A stretch of 32,678 nucleotides of DNA, from positions 1-32,678 of the forward strand of contig DAHXMN010000002.1 in the NCBI GenBank assembly GCA_027371725.1. Reading direction: 5' to 3'. Of the stretch, positions 30,928-32,678 are shown piece by piece. The position numbers were made by a program, and so were the translations under genes. The notes below the pieces were generated by a model that did no database searches, had not been told where the DNA came from, and saw only the letters and a list, made by a program, of their open reading frames with translations. Source of the DNA: Candidatus Woesearchaeota archaeon (GTDB taxonomy: Archaea > Nanobdellota > Nanobdellia > Woesearchaeales > UBA525). The first letter of the stretch is position 1. Each line of letters starts with the position of its first letter.

Positions 30928-31100
30928 GCGTCATCGCCGCCTTGGCATGATGGCCGGGCGCGAACATCGAACATGCGGGAGCGACGAGTTATACGAGTCG
31001 GCCAGGAACGTAGCGACTGGCCCTGAGCGACCGCATAATCGTGAGCGCCCGACAATCGTCCCGGGCTGAGCGAGGGCAGCTTAGGCCGCGGCGATGATGC
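30928..31100 (+). ncRNA. structured element B (173 nt), paralogue of element A; candidate novel ncRNA
   Basis: 13-bp closing stem GCGTCATCGCCGC (30928-30940) pairs with GCGGCGATGATGC (31088-31100), with one G-U that is only valid on the plus strand. The same inner stem CGGGCGC (30955-30961) pairs with GCGCCCG (31045-31051). A plus-strand TATA lies 20-27 nt upstream. Confidence 0.4.
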
Positions 31101-31165
31101 GAGGAACCGGGAGAAGAGAATGACGGACGCAAACGTTTTTAACCTCCGAAGACGAGGAAGGCGTC

Positions 31166-31462
31166 ATGGACGGGATGAAGGCGCGGCTGTTCGCGCTCGC
31201 CGCAGTCGCGGTGTTCGGGCTCTTCCTCCTCAAGGGGGTGACGACGGGCTTCGTGGTGAGCGAGAGCTGCTGCACGCCGCAGACGCAGGGGTGCGTGGCG
31301 GAGAAGGCGTGCCCGTTCCTCCAGCAACCAGCGGTCGTCGACGACAGCAGCGTCGTCGGGTTCCTGATCCTCCTGACTGCCGGGGCGCTCGTCGTCGGCG
31401 AGGTCGCGTGGCGGCGGCAGAGAAGGAAAGGGAAAGAAGGGATGACGATGCGCGTCGTCTAG
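31166..31462 (+). CDS. hypothetical small membrane protein (98 aa; two hydrophobic helices, Cys-rich loop)
   Basis: GC3-rich codons. MKARLFALAAVAVFGLFLL, SESCCTPQTQGCVAEKACPF, VVGFLILLTAGALVVG, then RRQRRKGK. A T-rich TATA-like box lies about 25 nt upstream. Its TAG shares the palindrome CTAG with the convergent rpl44e stop. Confidence 0.55.
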   Translation: MDGMKARLFALAAVAVFGLFLLKGVTTGFVVSESCCTPQTQGCVAEKACPFLQQPAVVDDSSVVGFLILLTAGALVVGEVAWRRQRRKGKEGMTMRVV

Positions 31463-31770
31463 ACGAACTCGACCTTCTTCGCGCGGAGGCCGCCTTTCTG
31501 GACGGACATCTTCTTGCACTCGGTGCACTGGTAGCGGAAGTCGGTCTTCTTGGAGAGCTTCTTGCCGGTCATCTTCGGCTTGGGCGGCTTGGAGTACTTG
31601 CCGAGATTGCCTGAGCCGCGGCGCTCGCCCCTGAGGCGGACGCGCACCTTGCTGCCGATGCTGAGCGGGTGGCTCTGGTTCCTGCCGCGGCTCTTCGACT
31701 GCGTGACCTTGTGCAGCGTGTGCTTGTTGCACCGCGGACAGTGCCGGTTCATCTGCTTCGGGACCTTCAT
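31459..31770 (-). CDS. rpl44e: 50S ribosomal protein L44e
   Basis: MKVPKQMNRHCPRCNKHTLHKV and YQCTECKK give the Zn ribbon. TATA 31794-31801 lies 24 nt upstream of ATG 31770, so the track start 31794 was rejected. Confidence 0.9.
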   Translation of the reverse strand: MKVPKQMNRHCPRCNKHTLHKVTQSKSRGRNQSHPLSIGSKVRVRLRGERRGSGNLGKYSKPPKPKMTGKKLSKKTDFRYQCTECKKMSVQKGGLRAKKVEFV

Positions 31771-31793
31771 GGCAGCGCTGGAACAGGGAGCCA

Positions 31794-31801
31794 TTTAAAA
31801 A
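31794..31801 (-). promoter_or_regulatory. TATA box of rpl44e
   Basis: TTTTTAAA on the minus strand, 24 nt upstream of ATG 31770. Confidence 0.6.
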
Positions 31802-31959
31802 CCTTACTGTTGGACGGGGGATGGCGTCCGAGCAGAAACGCGGAAACGGAAGGGAGAGGGGAAGAGAAAGGGACGAAAGGAGGAAAGAAGAAAGGGGAAG
31901 AAAGGATGAGCGGAATAAGCAGGAAATTACCATATAGAAGGAAATTTGTGCAAAGCAAC

Positions 31960-31968
31960 TTATATAAA
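31960..31968 (+). promoter_or_regulatory. TATA box of the 31991-32521 gene
   Basis: TTATATAAA, 23 nt upstream of ATG 31991. Confidence 0.6.
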
Positions 31969-31990
31969 GAGCGGGGACGCAGGACGAGCC

Positions 31991-32521
31991 ATGGAAGTCA
32001 ACGGGAAGACCCTCACGCTCTGGGCGGCCATCGTCGCCCTCATCATCCTCACTATCATCTTCTGGGCCAGGAGCGAAGCGAACGTCGCGAAAGCCGACGC
32101 CGCGAACGAGATGAGCACAGCCCTCGTCGGCCTCTTGACGCAGCAGGGCTACCAGCGGGCGTACCCCGCCTGCCGGACGATCGCCCCCGGCAATTATCCC
32201 GCGCTCGAGGCGTGCCTGCAGCAGGCGAAACAGGGAGCGGACCTCACGACGCTGTTCGAGCGGAGCGACCTCCAGAAGCCGGACGCGAAACGCAACCTCA
32301 CCGGCTACATCGTCATCGAGAACACGCGCGGCGGCCGCACCTTCGCGAGCGCGAACTTCACGCTCAGCCACAACAACCAGGAGATTGCGCAGGGCTGCGT
32401 CACGCCCGGGGACATCGCGCCCGGCTACACGTGCCGGTTCGACTTCACCCAGCCGTGCGCCGCGGGCGACAACCTCGAGATCAAGTACGACGGCCAGCGC
32501 GCGTATCTCGAGACGTGCTGA
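31991..32521 (+). CDS. membrane-anchored hypothetical protein (176 aa) with pilin-like C-terminal beta domain
   Basis: TATA TTATATAAA at 31960-31968 lies 23 nt upstream of ATG 31991. N-terminal TM helix LTLWAAIVALIILTIIFWA. GC3-rich codons. The C-terminal Cys pattern resembles the globular part of the 12624-13103 pilin. Confidence 0.6.
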   Translation: MEVNGKTLTLWAAIVALIILTIIFWARSEANVAKADAANEMSTALVGLLTQQGYQRAYPACRTIAPGNYPALEACLQQAKQGADLTTLFERSDLQKPDAKRNLTGYIVIENTRGGRTFASANFTLSHNNQEIAQGCVTPGDIAPGYTCRFDFTQPCAAGDNLEIKYDGQRAYLETC

Positions 32522-32678
32522 ATCCTTCTCCGTGTACCGTTCAAGCACCAAATCTCATACTCAGGAGATCATTGTTGTGCGAGCCCGGTCCGCGCCAGGC
32601 GCGGTCGTGCGTGATGGACTGTGCGTCGTCGACGCACACAAGTCTCACGCAGAAAAAAATGATGATAACGAACCGATA

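Noticed and set aside
30454-31100. Elements A and B as box C/D or H/ACA guide sRNAs, tRNA, 5S or SRP RNA
   Set aside because: C-box-like AUGAUGG/GAUGAUGC and CUGA strings exist on the plus strand, but the spacing (over 75 nt) and the nested long stems do not fit 50-70-nt archaeal C/D sRNAs. No ACA/ANA box follows the closing stem on either strand. The GAA/GA K-turn-like arrangement in A is not maintained in B (CA instead of GA). No tRNA, 5S or SRP hallmarks are present. A MITE interpretation is not fully excluded, but I saw no target-site duplications, and the stem changes are compensatory.
1-32678. Search for rRNA, tRNA, CRISPR arrays, transposases/integrases, and a prepilin peptidase
   Set aside because: I found no T-arm-like GGTTCRAATCC strings or cloverleaf-compatible segments in the intergenic regions. 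There are no regularly spaced direct repeats of 24-40 nt; the only tandem repeats are 12 nt in-frame and 15 nt x2. No DDE or tyrosine-recombinase-like ORFs were found. No polytopic membrane ORF with the two-Asp A24 peptidase pattern was found. This absence is by eye only and should be confirmed with tRNAscan-SE, Infernal, a CRISPR finder and HMM searches.

Overview
GC-rich archaeal chromosomal segment. The archaeal assignment rests on archaea/eukaryote-type markers (Rpo7/RpoE', Spt4, S24e, S27ae, S27e, L44e, aIF2 alpha and gamma, Nop10, Orc1/Cdc6, ATP-dependent DNA ligase) plus FtsZ. It is also supported by TTTAAATA-like TATA boxes 23-24 nt upstream of many ATGs (leaderless mRNAs), with GGAGG/GGTGA Shine-Dalgarno sites only in front of internal operon genes. 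Two blocks of conserved informational and cell-cycle genes (about 1-12.3 kb and 29.3-31.8 kb) flank a ~16.4 kb accessory locus, all on the minus strand (12.6-29.0 kb). I read this locus as an Epd/Tad-like type IV filament system. It contains a FlaI/TadA-type ATPase, two separate single-domain T2SSF platform proteins, a major pilin, and five further proteins with prepilin-like N-termini, one of which is an 899-aa VWA-domain protein. Embedded in it are three genes not expected in known archaeal pilus loci: a ~1071-aa secreted protein with about 98 cysteines, a winged-helix plus long coiled-coil protein, and a DUF192 protein. No prepilin peptidase lies in the window. Other points of interest: two paralogous structured elements (125 and 173 nt) with compensatory stem changes flank rps27e; an ORB-like repeat, G-string and ~12% GC island between the wHTH gene and lig may be a replication origin; a compositionally atypical 363-aa gene sits between lig and orc1/cdc6; a small Cys-rich gene forms a complete transcription unit; there are several hairpin-rich candidate sRNA regions and a decayed histidine-phosphatase gene. 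I saw no rRNA, tRNA, CRISPR array, transposase or integrase. Many long ORFs in the track are antisense or out-of-frame shadow ORFs typical of high-GC DNA and were rejected. All family assignments come from reading motifs by eye; no searches were run.
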